64,000 bases of DNA from the NCBI GenBank assembly GCA_958295695.1, contig OY282363.1, positions 1,037,246 to 1,101,245 of the forward strand, in the 5' to 3' direction. This DNA is from an uncultured Alphaproteobacteria bacterium. GTDB taxonomy: Bacteria > Pseudomonadota > Alphaproteobacteria > SP197. The notes beneath the pieces were generated by a model. The model made no database searches. It had not been told where the DNA came from and worked only from the letters and a program-made list of their open reading frames with translations. Within the stretch, counting starts at the first letter, position 1. Every line of letters starts with the position of its first letter. This document shows, one piece after another, positions 21,447 to 30,954 of this stretch. The position numbers and the translations under genes were made by a program.

Positions 21447-22613
21447 TGCCCGCCCGTCCGAAGGGGAGAAGGCGGACCGGAGCCGACGGCGCCGGACTAC
21501 GCCCGCCGGCGTGTCCCGATCGCCTCGCCGAACGCCCGGAACAGGGCGCGGTTCACCGGGTTGGTCTGCGGGTCGTGCTCGGCATGCCACTGGACGCCCA
21601 ACGCGAAACCCGGCGCGCCGGCGATGCGGATGGCTTCGATCGTGCCGTCCTCCGCCACGCCCTCGACGACGACGCGGTCCCCCGGCTCCAGGATGCACTG
21701 GCCGTGGAGTGAGTTGACGCGGATCGTCTCCCGGCCGAAAAGCCGCGCGAAGACGCCGCCGGACACGAGACGGACCTCGTGGCGGTCCGCGAAGACGACC
21801 TCCGGATCGGGATGGATTTCCCCGTTCTCCAGCCGCGCCGCCCGGTGGTTCATGCGTCCGGGCAACTCGCATGTTTCCGGATGCAGGGTGCTCCCGAAGG
21901 CGACCGCCATCTCCTGGACGCCGCGGCACAGGCCCAGGATCGGCACGCCTCGCGCGACGCAGGCCCTCGCCACCGGAAGCGCCACCGCGTCCCGGTCCTC
22001 GTCGTAGGGTTCGTGGCTCGGATGGGGTTCGACACCGAAATGGGTCGGATGGACGTTGGCGCGCGCGCCCGTCAGCAGGACGCCGTCGACGGCGTCGAGC
22101 AGCGCCCCGATACCCGTGATGTCGGGCGCGCCCGCGAAGATCAGGGGCAAGGCGCCGGCGACATCCGTCACGGCGGACAGGTTCTTTTCCCCGGCCCACT
22201 GCGCGGCGTATCGATCGCCGAGGAGATATCGGGATCCGATGACGCCGACCAAGGGCTTCGACGTCATCGGGTTGGCGCCCTCTCGCACATCGTCCGCACC
22301 GGCCTCCAGACCGCCCCTCCTCGACGCGGTCCCGGCCCGCGCATGGATGGAGGGTCCGCGCCTCCGGGGTCCGCCGGCGGTTCGTAGGGCCGGACGCCTC
22401 CCGTGTCCAGATCCGGGGCGCCATTGTTCGTGGACGCCATCGCCCCGTCCGGCGGAGGACGCGTCGGCGGCCGCGGTCCCTTGGGCCGTCCGCGCAGGAA
22501 ACGGGGTTGGACAGAGCGGAAAAGTGTCCTTTACTCGTCAGGGGTCCCGCCGGTCGAGGTCGGGCCAAGCCCTTGTTCTCGTTGGCGTTCTCCGCTTCGG
22601 TCGGGACCGCCAT
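21434..22613. mobile_element. Relic integrated element bounded by a 14-bp tRNA 3'-end direct repeat
   Basis: gtcgggaccgccat at 21434-21447 and 22600-22613; no integrase inside. Confidence 0.6.
21497..22267 (-). CDS. Gamma-glutamyl-gamma-aminobutyrate hydrolase family (peptidase C26, PuuD-like)
   Basis: DGVLLTG, D..RD, LGLCRG.QE, VNSLH.Q, GVQWHAE. Confidence 0.9.
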   Translation of the reverse strand: MTSKPLVGVIGSRYLLGDRYAAQWAGEKNLSAVTDVAGALPLIFAGAPDITGIGALLDAVDGVLLTGARANVHPTHFGVEPHPSHEPYDEDRDAVALPVARACVARGVPILGLCRGVQEMAVAFGSTLHPETCELPGRMNHRAARLENGEIHPDPEVVFADRHEVRLVSGGVFARLFGRETIRVNSLHGQCILEPGDRVVVEGVAEDGTIEAIRIAGAPGFALGVQWHAEHDPQTNPVNRALFRAFGEAIGTRRRA

Positions 22614-22641
22614 CCGGTCGGCTGCTGGAGGGAACGGACCG

Positions 22642-23529
22642 ATGAACCGCTACGAAACGCTGATCCGCCGTCTCCGGCGGGGGGAACAGATCGTCATCGA
22701 CGGCGCGACGGGCACCGAGGTGGACCGGCGTGGGGTGCCGCAGCTCGAGAACGCATGGAACGGTGGCGGCGCGCTCAGCCATCCCGAAATCGTGCGGGGG
22801 ATCCACGAGGACTACATCGCCCGCGGCGCCGAGATCGTCATCTCCAACACCTTCGCGACGCACCGCCACGCCCTGCGCGACGCCGGCGTCGCCGACCGCT
22901 TCGAGGACTACAACCGGCGCGGCGTCGAACTGGCGCGCGAGGCCCGCGAACGGTCGGGCCGCGCGGACGTGCTGGTGGCGGGCGGCATGTCCTGCTGGTC
23001 GTGGACCGGGCGGCCTCCGCCGCTCGGGGAGTTGGCGTCGGACGCGAGAGAACAGGCCGCCGTCATGGCCGGGGCCGGGGCCGACCTGCTGATGCTCGAG
23101 ATGATGGTCGACATCGACCGGATGCTCGTGCTGCTGGAGGCGGGCCAGGCCGCCGGCCTTCCGGTCTGGGTCGGCTTCTCGTGCCGGCCGGACGACTCAG
23201 GCTCGGTGCGCCTGTTCAACGGCGAAGCCTTGATCGACGCGCTGGCGGCCCTGGATGGCCGCGACGTGTCCCTGGTCAACATCATGCACACCGAGGTGGA
23301 GCATGTGGACGCCTGCCTCGATGTCCTGGACGGACGCTGGCCCGGGCTCGTCGGCGTTTACGCCCACACCGGCCGCGACGAGGGCGAGCGCTGGATCTTC
23401 GACGACACCATCTCGCCCGAAGACTACGCCGCCGCGGCGCGGCGCTGGCTCGACCGCGGCGTCGCCGCGGTCGGCGGCTGCTGCGGCATCCGGGTCGAGC
23501 ACATCCAGGCGGTGAAGGCGGTCGCGTGA
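22642..23529 (+). CDS. Homocysteine S-methyltransferase family protein
   Basis: IDGATGTE, IHEDYI..GA.I..SNTF, GADLLMLE, VGGCCG. Confidence 0.88.
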   Translation: MNRYETLIRRLRRGEQIVIDGATGTEVDRRGVPQLENAWNGGGALSHPEIVRGIHEDYIARGAEIVISNTFATHRHALRDAGVADRFEDYNRRGVELAREARERSGRADVLVAGGMSCWSWTGRPPPLGELASDAREQAAVMAGAGADLLMLEMMVDIDRMLVLLEAGQAAGLPVWVGFSCRPDDSGSVRLFNGEALIDALAALDGRDVSLVNIMHTEVEHVDACLDVLDGRWPGLVGVYAHTGRDEGERWIFDDTISPEDYAAAARRWLDRGVAAVGGCCGIRVEHIQAVKAVA

Positions 23530-23636
23530 GCCTCGCGCATGGGGCCGTCGGGCTCCGCCGCGAGCGACAGGAAGGTCGGAGCGTTTCCGTGCGAGGCGGA
23601 AACGCCTAGCATCCCCGCGAGACCGGGGAGGGAGCC

Positions 23637-24878
23637 ATGGACTACCGCGACGAGGTCTACTTCGAGGCCCAGCCCGAGCGCGAACAGCCGTTCCCGGACG
23701 AGGAGTTCGCGGCGCGCCTGACGAGGATCCGCGCGGCCATGGCCGAGGCGGAGATCGACTGCCTGTTCCTCAGTTCGCCGGAGAGCCTGTACTACGTCTC
23801 GGGCTACGTCTGCATGTGGTACCACACCGAGAGCCCGATGGAGTGGTCGGCGACCAACGGCATCGCCGTCCACGTGGACCACGACCGCTTCATCCACTTC
23901 GACACCGAGCGCGAGGCCGTCGTGGCCCGCACCTTCTCGTGCTCGAGGGACAGCCGCTACTTCCCCAAGTCGAGCTACCGCGACGGCACGGCCTTCATCG
24001 CCGAGGAGCTCAAGGCCGAGGGCTGGCTCGGAGGCAACGTCGGCCTGGAGATGTACGCCATGCGGCCCAACCGCGCCGTCTCGGACCGCTTCCAGGCGGC
24101 GTTCGAGGCCGCCGGCGCGCGGGTGATCGACGGCAGCCGCATCCTGCGCGAGGTGCGCTGGGTGAAATCTCCGGCCGAGGTCGCGTGCCTCAGGGAGGGC
24201 TGCCGCATCGCGTCGGTCGGGCTGAAGCGGGCGGCCGAGGTGCTGCGCCCCGGCGCGACCGAACTCGAGGTCCAGGGCGAGGTCGTCTGCGCCATGGCCA
24301 AGGCCGGCGGCGAGCCGCAGGCGATGATGATGCCGGTGCTTTCGGGCAAGAAATCGAACGCGGCCCACGCGCTGGCCACCCGGCGCCGGATGCGGGCGGG
24401 CGAGACCGTGGCGATCGACGTGGCGGGCGTCCACAAGCGCTACCACATGAACTGCGCCCGCACCTTCAGCCTCGGCGAGCCGGCGCCGGACGTGAAGGAC
24501 GTCTGCGCCCGTTCGGCCGGCGCGATGGAGGCGGTCCGAGGTTGCCTGCGGCCGAACCTGCCGGTACGGGAGCTCAACGAGAAGGTCAGGGCCTACTACG
24601 AGGAGCAGGACCTGTGGACCAGCCGGGGCTGGATCGGCGGCTACGAGATGGGCGTCGGCTTCCTGTCGGACTGGGTCGGCCACATGGTCTACGACCCGCT
24701 TTCCGAGAAGAACGCCGACCGCCTGTTCGAGCCGGGCACGGCGGTGAACCACGAGATCCAGATCTTCATGCCGCGCCACGCGGGCCAGTTCTTCATGATC
24801 GAGAGCCTGCTGTTCGAGGACGACAAGGCGAGCTTCGCGACGCCCGACGTGCCCTACGACCTGATCGTCGTCGAATAG
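23637..24878 (+). CDS. M24-fold hydrolase (creatinase/ectoine hydrolase DoeA-like)
   Basis: Creatinase N-domain (EF..RL.RIR..M), RWVKSPAE, RYH....RTF, GYEMG.GF..DW. Confidence 0.8.
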   Translation: MDYRDEVYFEAQPEREQPFPDEEFAARLTRIRAAMAEAEIDCLFLSSPESLYYVSGYVCMWYHTESPMEWSATNGIAVHVDHDRFIHFDTEREAVVARTFSCSRDSRYFPKSSYRDGTAFIAEELKAEGWLGGNVGLEMYAMRPNRAVSDRFQAAFEAAGARVIDGSRILREVRWVKSPAEVACLREGCRIASVGLKRAAEVLRPGATELEVQGEVVCAMAKAGGEPQAMMMPVLSGKKSNAAHALATRRRMRAGETVAIDVAGVHKRYHMNCARTFSLGEPAPDVKDVCARSAGAMEAVRGCLRPNLPVRELNEKVRAYYEEQDLWTSRGWIGGYEMGVGFLSDWVGHMVYDPLSEKNADRLFEPGTAVNHEIQIFMPRHAGQFFMIESLLFEDDKASFATPDVPYDLIVVE

Positions 24879-24985
24879 GCGGGCGCCGTCGGGCCGCTCG
24901 CGGCCCCACGCGGCGCGGGTTTCGCGCCGCGGCTGAAACCGGACGCGATCCGGTTTAGGATCGCTTGCCAAGGGAGGGTCCGGGC

Positions 24986-26194
24986 ATGGCGACCTGGCTG
25001 AGGGGCGGCAGGCTCTACGATGTCGTCGAGGGCGGCTACCGGGAGGCCGACCTGAAGATCGAGCGGGGCCGCATCGCGGCGATGGGCGGGACCGGCGGCC
25101 CTTCCGCCGACGACCGCGCGATCGACGTCGCGGGAGCGTGTCTCTTCCCGGGCTTCATCGATTGCCACGTGCACCTGTGCATGCCCACCGAGGACGGCAA
25201 CCCCGACGATCCCTGGGGCGGCAAGCTGCCGGGCGAGACGGCCATCTACGCCGCCCAGGCGGCCGAGCGGACCCTGATGGGCGGCGTCACGACGGCCCGC
25301 GACGTGGGCGGCTGGGACTATCACGAGATCGCCGTCAGGAACCTCATCGACCGGGGCAGGCTCAAGGGTCCCCGCCTCTATTGCGCCGGCCGGCTGCTGT
25401 CGGTCACGACCTCGACCATCGCCTACTACCGGGGCATGTACGACGAGGCCAACGGCCCCGACGAGGTCCGCGCCAAGGCCCGCAAGCAGCTCGCCATGGG
25501 CGCCGACCTCATCAAGGTCATGGCGACCGGCGCGATCACCAGCACGGAATACGAGGACGCGCGCGCGATCCAGTACCAGCTCGACGAGCTGAAGGCCGCG
25601 GTCGCCATCGCGGAGGAGAACCGCAAGCACTGCGCGGCCCACGCCCACGCCTGCGACGGCATCCGCAACGCCGCGCTGGCCGGCTGCCGCAGCGTCGAGC
25701 ACGGCAGCTTCGGCGACGAGGACGCCTATGCGCTGATGGCCGAGAAGGGCACGTTCCTGGTGCCCACGGTCTGCGTCCACAGCGCGCTCCTGGCCGACAA
25801 CCGGGCCAGCGCCAACCTCCTGCCCCATATCCGCGAGCGCTACGCCGCGACCGAGGACATCCATCTCGGGAACACCAGGCTCGCCAGCGACATCGGCGTC
25901 AAGATCGCCATGGGCACCGACGCCGGCACGCCCGGCAACCACCACGGCGACAACATGCAGGAGATCGAGCGCATGGTGACCGGCGCGGCGCTGACGCCCC
26001 GGGACGCGATCTTCGCGGCCACCATGGGCGGCGCCCGCCTGCTCGGGCGGGAGGAGGACCTGGGCTCGCTCGCCGTGGGCAAGCTCGCCGACGTCGTGGG
26101 TTTCGCCGCCGATCCGCTGGCGGACATCCACGCCATCCGCGACGTGCGCTTCGTCATGAAGGGCGGCGAGACCGCCCGGAACGACCTCGGCTGA
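24986..26194 (+). CDS. Metal-dependent amidohydrolase (prolidase/ochratoxinase-like subtype)
   Basis: PGFIDCHVH, GVTT.RD.GG, GAD.IK.MATG, AAHAH, SVEHG, GTDAG. Confidence 0.9.
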   Translation: MATWLRGGRLYDVVEGGYREADLKIERGRIAAMGGTGGPSADDRAIDVAGACLFPGFIDCHVHLCMPTEDGNPDDPWGGKLPGETAIYAAQAAERTLMGGVTTARDVGGWDYHEIAVRNLIDRGRLKGPRLYCAGRLLSVTTSTIAYYRGMYDEANGPDEVRAKARKQLAMGADLIKVMATGAITSTEYEDARAIQYQLDELKAAVAIAEENRKHCAAHAHACDGIRNAALAGCRSVEHGSFGDEDAYALMAEKGTFLVPTVCVHSALLADNRASANLLPHIRERYAATEDIHLGNTRLASDIGVKIAMGTDAGTPGNHHGDNMQEIERMVTGAALTPRDAIFAATMGGARLLGREEDLGSLAVGKLADVVGFAADPLADIHAIRDVRFVMKGGETARNDLG

Positions 26195-26207
26195 GCCGGC
26201 GCGCGCC

Positions 26208-26999
26208 ATGCCCGCCCGCCTGACGGACGCCCAGGTCGCCCGCTACCGCGAGGAGGGCCTCGTCGTTCCCGACTGGCGCCTGCCGGACGATGTGCTGCGG
26301 CGTTTGCGGGCGAACTACGGCCGGCTGATCGCCGCCAACCCCGAGACCGCGGACTTCATGGTGGGCGTCCACATCGCCGATCCCGGGCCGATGGGCGTGA
26401 AGGGCCTGCCGGAGCTCCTGGAGCCGATCCGCCTGCCCGGGATCCTCGACATGGTCGAGCAGGTCGCCGGCCCGGACCTGATCCTGTGGGGCACCACCGT
26501 GTTCGGCAAGCCGGCGGGCCGGGGCAAGGCGACGCCGTGGCACCAGGACGGCGACTACTATCCGATCGAGCCGCTGGAGACGACGACGGTCTGGGTCTCG
26601 CTCGACCGTTCGCACCCCGGAAACGGCTGCATGCGCTACATTCCGGGAAGCCACAAGGCGCGGCGGCTCTTTCCCCACCACTGGAACGGGGATCCCGGCC
26701 TCACGCTCCGGCAGGAGATCGACGCCGGACACGCGCCGGAGGAAGCGGCCCGGGACATCGTGCTGGAGCCCGGCCAGATCTCCATCCACGACGTCTACCT
26801 CGTGCACGGGTCTGCCGCCAACACGTCCGGCGAGCGCCGCGCCGGGCTCGTCTTCCGCATCATGCCGGGGACCAGCCACTACGACCGCGCGCGCGCGACC
26901 GCGAGCCCCAACCCCGGCCACGACTACTCCCGCCGCGCGCTCTTCCTCCTGCGGGGCGCCGACAGGACGGGCCGGAACGATTTCTCGATCGGGCATTGA
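26208..26999 (+). CDS. Phytanoyl-CoA dioxygenase (PhyH) family Fe/2OG dioxygenase
   Basis: PWHQD, NGCM.YIPGSH, HGS..N.S..RR. Confidence 0.9.
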   Translation: MPARLTDAQVARYREEGLVVPDWRLPDDVLRRLRANYGRLIAANPETADFMVGVHIADPGPMGVKGLPELLEPIRLPGILDMVEQVAGPDLILWGTTVFGKPAGRGKATPWHQDGDYYPIEPLETTTVWVSLDRSHPGNGCMRYIPGSHKARRLFPHHWNGDPGLTLRQEIDAGHAPEEAARDIVLEPGQISIHDVYLVHGSAANTSGERRAGLVFRIMPGTSHYDRARATASPNPGHDYSRRALFLLRGADRTGRNDFSIGH

Positions 27000-27107
27000 A
27001 CGCCCGGGTTCGAGCGCATGGCCATACCCCGGCGGTCCGATGCTGTTGGGCGCCCCCGCCCGTTGCTGTACGATCCGCCGACGGGACAACCGAGGGGAGG
27101 GGCCGCC

Positions 27108-28094
27108 ATGACCGCGGGCCGAGGCATGCAGCTCTCGCGCGAGAGGCTTCTGGAAGCCTACCGCTCGATGCGCACCATCCGGGACTTCGAGGAGCGGGTG
27201 CACGAGGAGTTCGAGGCGGGAAACCTGCCGGGCTTCGTCCATCTCTACGCCGGCGAGGAGGCCTCGGCGGTGGGCGTGTGCTCCCACCTCGACGACGGCG
27301 ACCGCATTTGCTCGACCCATCGCGGCCACGGCCACTCCATCGCCAAGGGCTGCGACGTCGAGGGCATGTGGAAGGAGCTCCACGGCTCGTCGGAAGGGCT
27401 ATGCGGCGGCAAGGGCGGGTCCATGCACGTCGCCGACCTCTCCAAGGGCATGATGGGCGCCAACGGCATCGTCGGCGGCGGCCCGCCGCTCGCCCTCGGC
27501 GCCGCCATGGCGGCCAAGACGCTCAAGACCGGCAAGGTCGCGGTGACCTTCACCGGCGACGGCGGCTCGAACCAGGGCACCACCTTCGAGAGCATGAACT
27601 TCGCCTCGGTCTTCCGGCTGCCCGTGCTCTTCGTCTTCGAGAACAACGGCTACGCCGAGGCCACCTCGTCGTCCTGGTCGGTGGCCTGCGGCGACATCGT
27701 CAACCGCGCCCCGGCCTTCGGCATGCCGGGGACTCAGGTCGACGGCTTCGACTTCTTCTCCGTCCACGACGCGGCGGGCGAGGCGGTCGAGCGCGCGCGG
27801 TCGGGCGGCGGGCCGACGCTGATCGAGGTCAGGTTCGGCCGCTTCTACGGCCATCACGAGGGCGACAACCAGTCCTACCGGGCGGCGGGCGAGGTCGACG
27901 CGCTGCGGCGCGACCGCGATTGCCTGAAGATCTTCCGCCGGCGGGTCACGGAGGCCGGCCTCCTGGACGACGCCGGTCTCGACGCCGTCGACGCCGATGT
28001 CGCCGGCCTCATGGACCGCTGCGTCGAGGCCGCCCGCGCCGCGCCCCGGCCGACGCCGGACCAGCTCACCGCCGACGTCTACGTCTCGTACTGA
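27108..28094 (+). CDS. acoA: Acetoin dehydrogenase-type E1 alpha subunit (TPP)
   Basis: PGFVHLYAGEEA, STHRGHGH, GGSMH.AD, GDG..NQG, ENNGY.E. Confidence 0.88.
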   Translation: MTAGRGMQLSRERLLEAYRSMRTIRDFEERVHEEFEAGNLPGFVHLYAGEEASAVGVCSHLDDGDRICSTHRGHGHSIAKGCDVEGMWKELHGSSEGLCGGKGGSMHVADLSKGMMGANGIVGGGPPLALGAAMAAKTLKTGKVAVTFTGDGGSNQGTTFESMNFASVFRLPVLFVFENNGYAEATSSSWSVACGDIVNRAPAFGMPGTQVDGFDFFSVHDAAGEAVERARSGGGPTLIEVRFGRFYGHHEGDNQSYRAAGEVDALRRDRDCLKIFRRRVTEAGLLDDAGLDAVDADVAGLMDRCVEAARAAPRPTPDQLTADVYVSY

Positions 28095-28107
28095 GGGGGA
28101 GGGCGTC

Positions 28108-29127
28108 ATGGCGCGCGTCATCAGCATGAGGAAGGCCATCAACGAGGCGCTCTTCCAGGTCATGGAGGAGGACCCGACCGTGATCCTGCTGGGCGAGGAC
28201 ATCGCCGGCGGCGAGGGCTCGCCCGGCGATGACGACGCCTGGGGCGGCGACATGGGGATCACCAAGGGCCTGCAGCCGCGCTTCGGCAAGGAGCGGGTCA
28301 TGGATACGCCGATCAGCGAGTCCGCCATCATCGGGACGGCCGTGGGCGCCGCCACGAGCGGGCTGAGGCCCGTGGCCGAGCTCATGTTCGTCGACTTCAT
28401 GGGCGTCTGCTTCGACCAGATCATGAACCAGGCCGCCAAGTTCCGGTACATGTTCGGCGGCAAGGCGCGGACGCCGGTGGTGATCCGCACCCAGATCGGC
28501 GCCGGCTACAACGCCGCGGCCCAGCACAGCCAGTGCCTCTATCCGGTGTTCGCGCATATCCCCGGCATCAAGTGCGTCGTTCCGTCCAGCGCCTACGACG
28601 CCAAGGGCCTCCTGATCCAGGCGGTGCGCGACGACGATCCCGTGATCTTCTTCGAGCACAAGGTGTTGTACGACGAGGTGAGGGACGACGTGCCCGAGGA
28701 GATGTACGCCGTGCCCTTCGGCGAGGCGAACATCGTGCGCGAGGGCTCCGACTGCACGATCGTCGCCATCGCCCGCATGGTGCACAAGGCCGGAGAGGCT
28801 GCGGAGGCGCTGGCCGGGGAGGGCGTCGAGTGCGAGATCGTCGATCCGCGCACGATCTCGCCGCTCGACGAGGACGCCATCCTGGAGAGCGTCGAACAGA
28901 CCGGCCGGCTCGTCGTCGTCGACGAGGCCTACCCGCGCTGCAACATGGCGGCCGACATCGCCGCGCTCGCCGCCCGCGAGGCCTTCGGCGCGCTCCGGGC
29001 GCCGGTCCGGACGGTGTCGCCGCCGCACACGCCGGTGCCCTTCGCGCCGGAGCTGGAGGCCGCCTTCATCCCGAGCGCCGGGAAGATCGCGGACGCCGTG
29101 CGCCGGACCGTGGGCTACGCGGCATGA
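28108..29127 (+). CDS. acoB: Acetoin dehydrogenase-type E1 beta subunit
   Basis: DDAWGG, DTPISE, ELMFVDF, AAKFRYMFGGKA, AAQHSQ. Confidence 0.88.
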   Translation: MARVISMRKAINEALFQVMEEDPTVILLGEDIAGGEGSPGDDDAWGGDMGITKGLQPRFGKERVMDTPISESAIIGTAVGAATSGLRPVAELMFVDFMGVCFDQIMNQAAKFRYMFGGKARTPVVIRTQIGAGYNAAAQHSQCLYPVFAHIPGIKCVVPSSAYDAKGLLIQAVRDDDPVIFFEHKVLYDEVRDDVPEEMYAVPFGEANIVREGSDCTIVAIARMVHKAGEAAEALAGEGVECEIVDPRTISPLDEDAILESVEQTGRLVVVDEAYPRCNMAADIAALAAREAFGALRAPVRTVSPPHTPVPFAPELEAAFIPSAGKIADAVRRTVGYAA

Positions 29128-30233
29128 CGGGCGGCCGCATCCTCGCCGTCACCGTGCCCAAGTGGGGCATGGCGATGGAGGAGGGCACGGTCACGGCCTG
29201 GCATGTCGAGGAGGGGGCGCCGGTCGCCGAGGGCGACGAGGTGCTCGACGTCGAGTCGACCAAGATCGCCAACGCGATCGAGGCCAGGGCGGGCGGCGTC
29301 CTGCGCCGCCGGGTCGCGGCCGTGGGCGCGACGCTGCCCGTCGGCGGTCTGCTCGCCGTGATCGCGGGGGAGGACGTGAGCGACGAGGAGATCGACGGCT
29401 TCGTCTCCGGCTTCGCCGTCGAGGCCGCCGCGGACGACGCGGGCGAGAGCGGGCCGGCGCTGCGGTTCGCCGACGCCGGCGGACGTCGCATCCGCCACGT
29501 CGCGCACGGCGAGGGAGGCGAACCCCTCGTTCTGGTCCACGGCTTCGGCGGCGACATGAACGCCTGGATGTTCAACCAGGCCGCGCTGGCCGCCGACCGC
29601 GCGGTCCACGCGCTGGACCTTCCCGGCCATGGCGGCTCGTCGAAGGATGTGGGCGACGGCGGGCTCGACGTCCTGGCGTCGGCCGTCGGCGCCGTCATGG
29701 ACGCGGCGGACGCCGCGCGCTGCCATCTGGCCGGCCATTCGCTGGGCGGCGCGGCGGCGCTCCAGGCCGCGCTCGACCGCCCGGAGCGGGCCGCGTCGCT
29801 CACGCTCATCGCGCCCGTCGGCCTCGGCCCGGAGATCGACGGCGGCTACATCGCCGGCTTCGTCGCGGCGCGCCGGCGCAAGGAGATGAAACCCCTGGCG
29901 GAGCGGCTCTTCGCCGATCCCTCCCTCGTGACGCGCGCGTTCGTCGAGGGCCTGCTGCGGTCGAAGCGGATCGACGGCGTCGACGCGGCGCTCGCCGCCA
30001 TCGCGTCCCGGCTCTTCGCGGACGGACGCCAGACGCTCGATCTGGCCGCCCGCGCCTCCGGCCTCGGTCTTCCGGTCCAGGTCCTCTGGGGCGCCGCCGA
30101 CGCGATCGTCCCGGCCGCCCACGCCCGCCGTCTCGAAGGCGCGACGGTCCGCATCCTCGAGGGAGCCGGGCACATGCCCATGATGGAGAAGGCGTCGGAG
30201 GCGAACCGCCTGATCGCCGCCTTCGCGCGCTGA
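29124..30233 (+). CDS. acoC: AcoC: lipoyl domain fused to alpha/beta-hydrolase-type acetyltransferase
   Basis: PKWG..M.EG, VES.KIAN lipoyl-Lys, HGFGGD, GHSLGG, GHM. Confidence 0.88.
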   Translation: MTGGRILAVTVPKWGMAMEEGTVTAWHVEEGAPVAEGDEVLDVESTKIANAIEARAGGVLRRRVAAVGATLPVGGLLAVIAGEDVSDEEIDGFVSGFAVEAAADDAGESGPALRFADAGGRRIRHVAHGEGGEPLVLVHGFGGDMNAWMFNQAALAADRAVHALDLPGHGGSSKDVGDGGLDVLASAVGAVMDAADAARCHLAGHSLGGAAALQAALDRPERAASLTLIAPVGLGPEIDGGYIAGFVAARRRKEMKPLAERLFADPSLVTRAFVEGLLRSKRIDGVDAALAAIASRLFADGRQTLDLAARASGLGLPVQVLWGAADAIVPAAHARRLEGATVRILEGAGHMPMMEKASEANRLIAAFAR

Positions 30234-30314
30234 GACGGCGTCGCCTCGTTCCCGGACGACGATCCCGTCGCCCGCGCCGTCATCGAATCGTCAAGCCGCG
30301 CCGAGGCGGGGAAC

Positions 30315-30390
<76 letters not shown>

Positions 30391-30492
30391 GGATGCTCCG
30401 CGCGCCGGCCGGCCGGCGCGGGTTGGGAACCTATGCGCGGCGCCGGCCGGGCGCAAGCCCCCGCCGCCGCGGCCGGCCGCGGGACGGACCGG

Positions 30493-30795
30493 TCAGGCGT
30501 CCTCGTCCTCTCCGCCGGCGGGCGCGGCGATGGGGACGCCGCCGAGGTCGTCGCCCTCTTCCTCGTCGTCGGAGAAGATCTCGTCGTCCTCGTCGTCCTC
30601 GACCTCGTCGTCGACGTCCGCCGCGCCGTTCTTGACCGCCTTCTTCTCCTCGGCCGCCGTCCGCGTTCCGCGCCCGGCCCCGACCCCGATCGCCGCGCCG
30701 CACGACGGGCATGTCGGAGGCCGCCGCGACATGTCGTAGAACTTGGCGCCACAGCTCTCGCAGAGGCGCTTGGCGCCCCATTCTGCCTTGGGCAA
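30493..30795 (-). CDS. TIGR02300 / FYDLN_acid family protein
   Basis: K.EWG.KR.C.SCG.KFYD...P..CP.CG plus acidic tail; conserved position between aroA and tRNA-Ala; TTG start. Confidence 0.85.
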   Translation of the reverse strand: MPKAEWGAKRLCESCGAKFYDMSRRPPTCPSCGAAIGVGAGRGTRTAAEEKKAVKNGAADVDDEVEDDEDDEIFSDDEEEGDDLGGVPIAAPAGGEDEDA

Positions 30796-30954
30796 CGGCG
30801 GGTCCTCCGGTCGGAGCACGGCTCGCGGGCCGGGCGCGCGCATATCGTCCCGCCCGGCCTCTGTCAAAGGGATTTCGACGCCGCCGGACGATCCCGTTCC
30901 GGGGCCTCCGTTCGGCCGTCGCGCGGGCCGGGAGCGCGTGCTAGAAGGCGCGCC

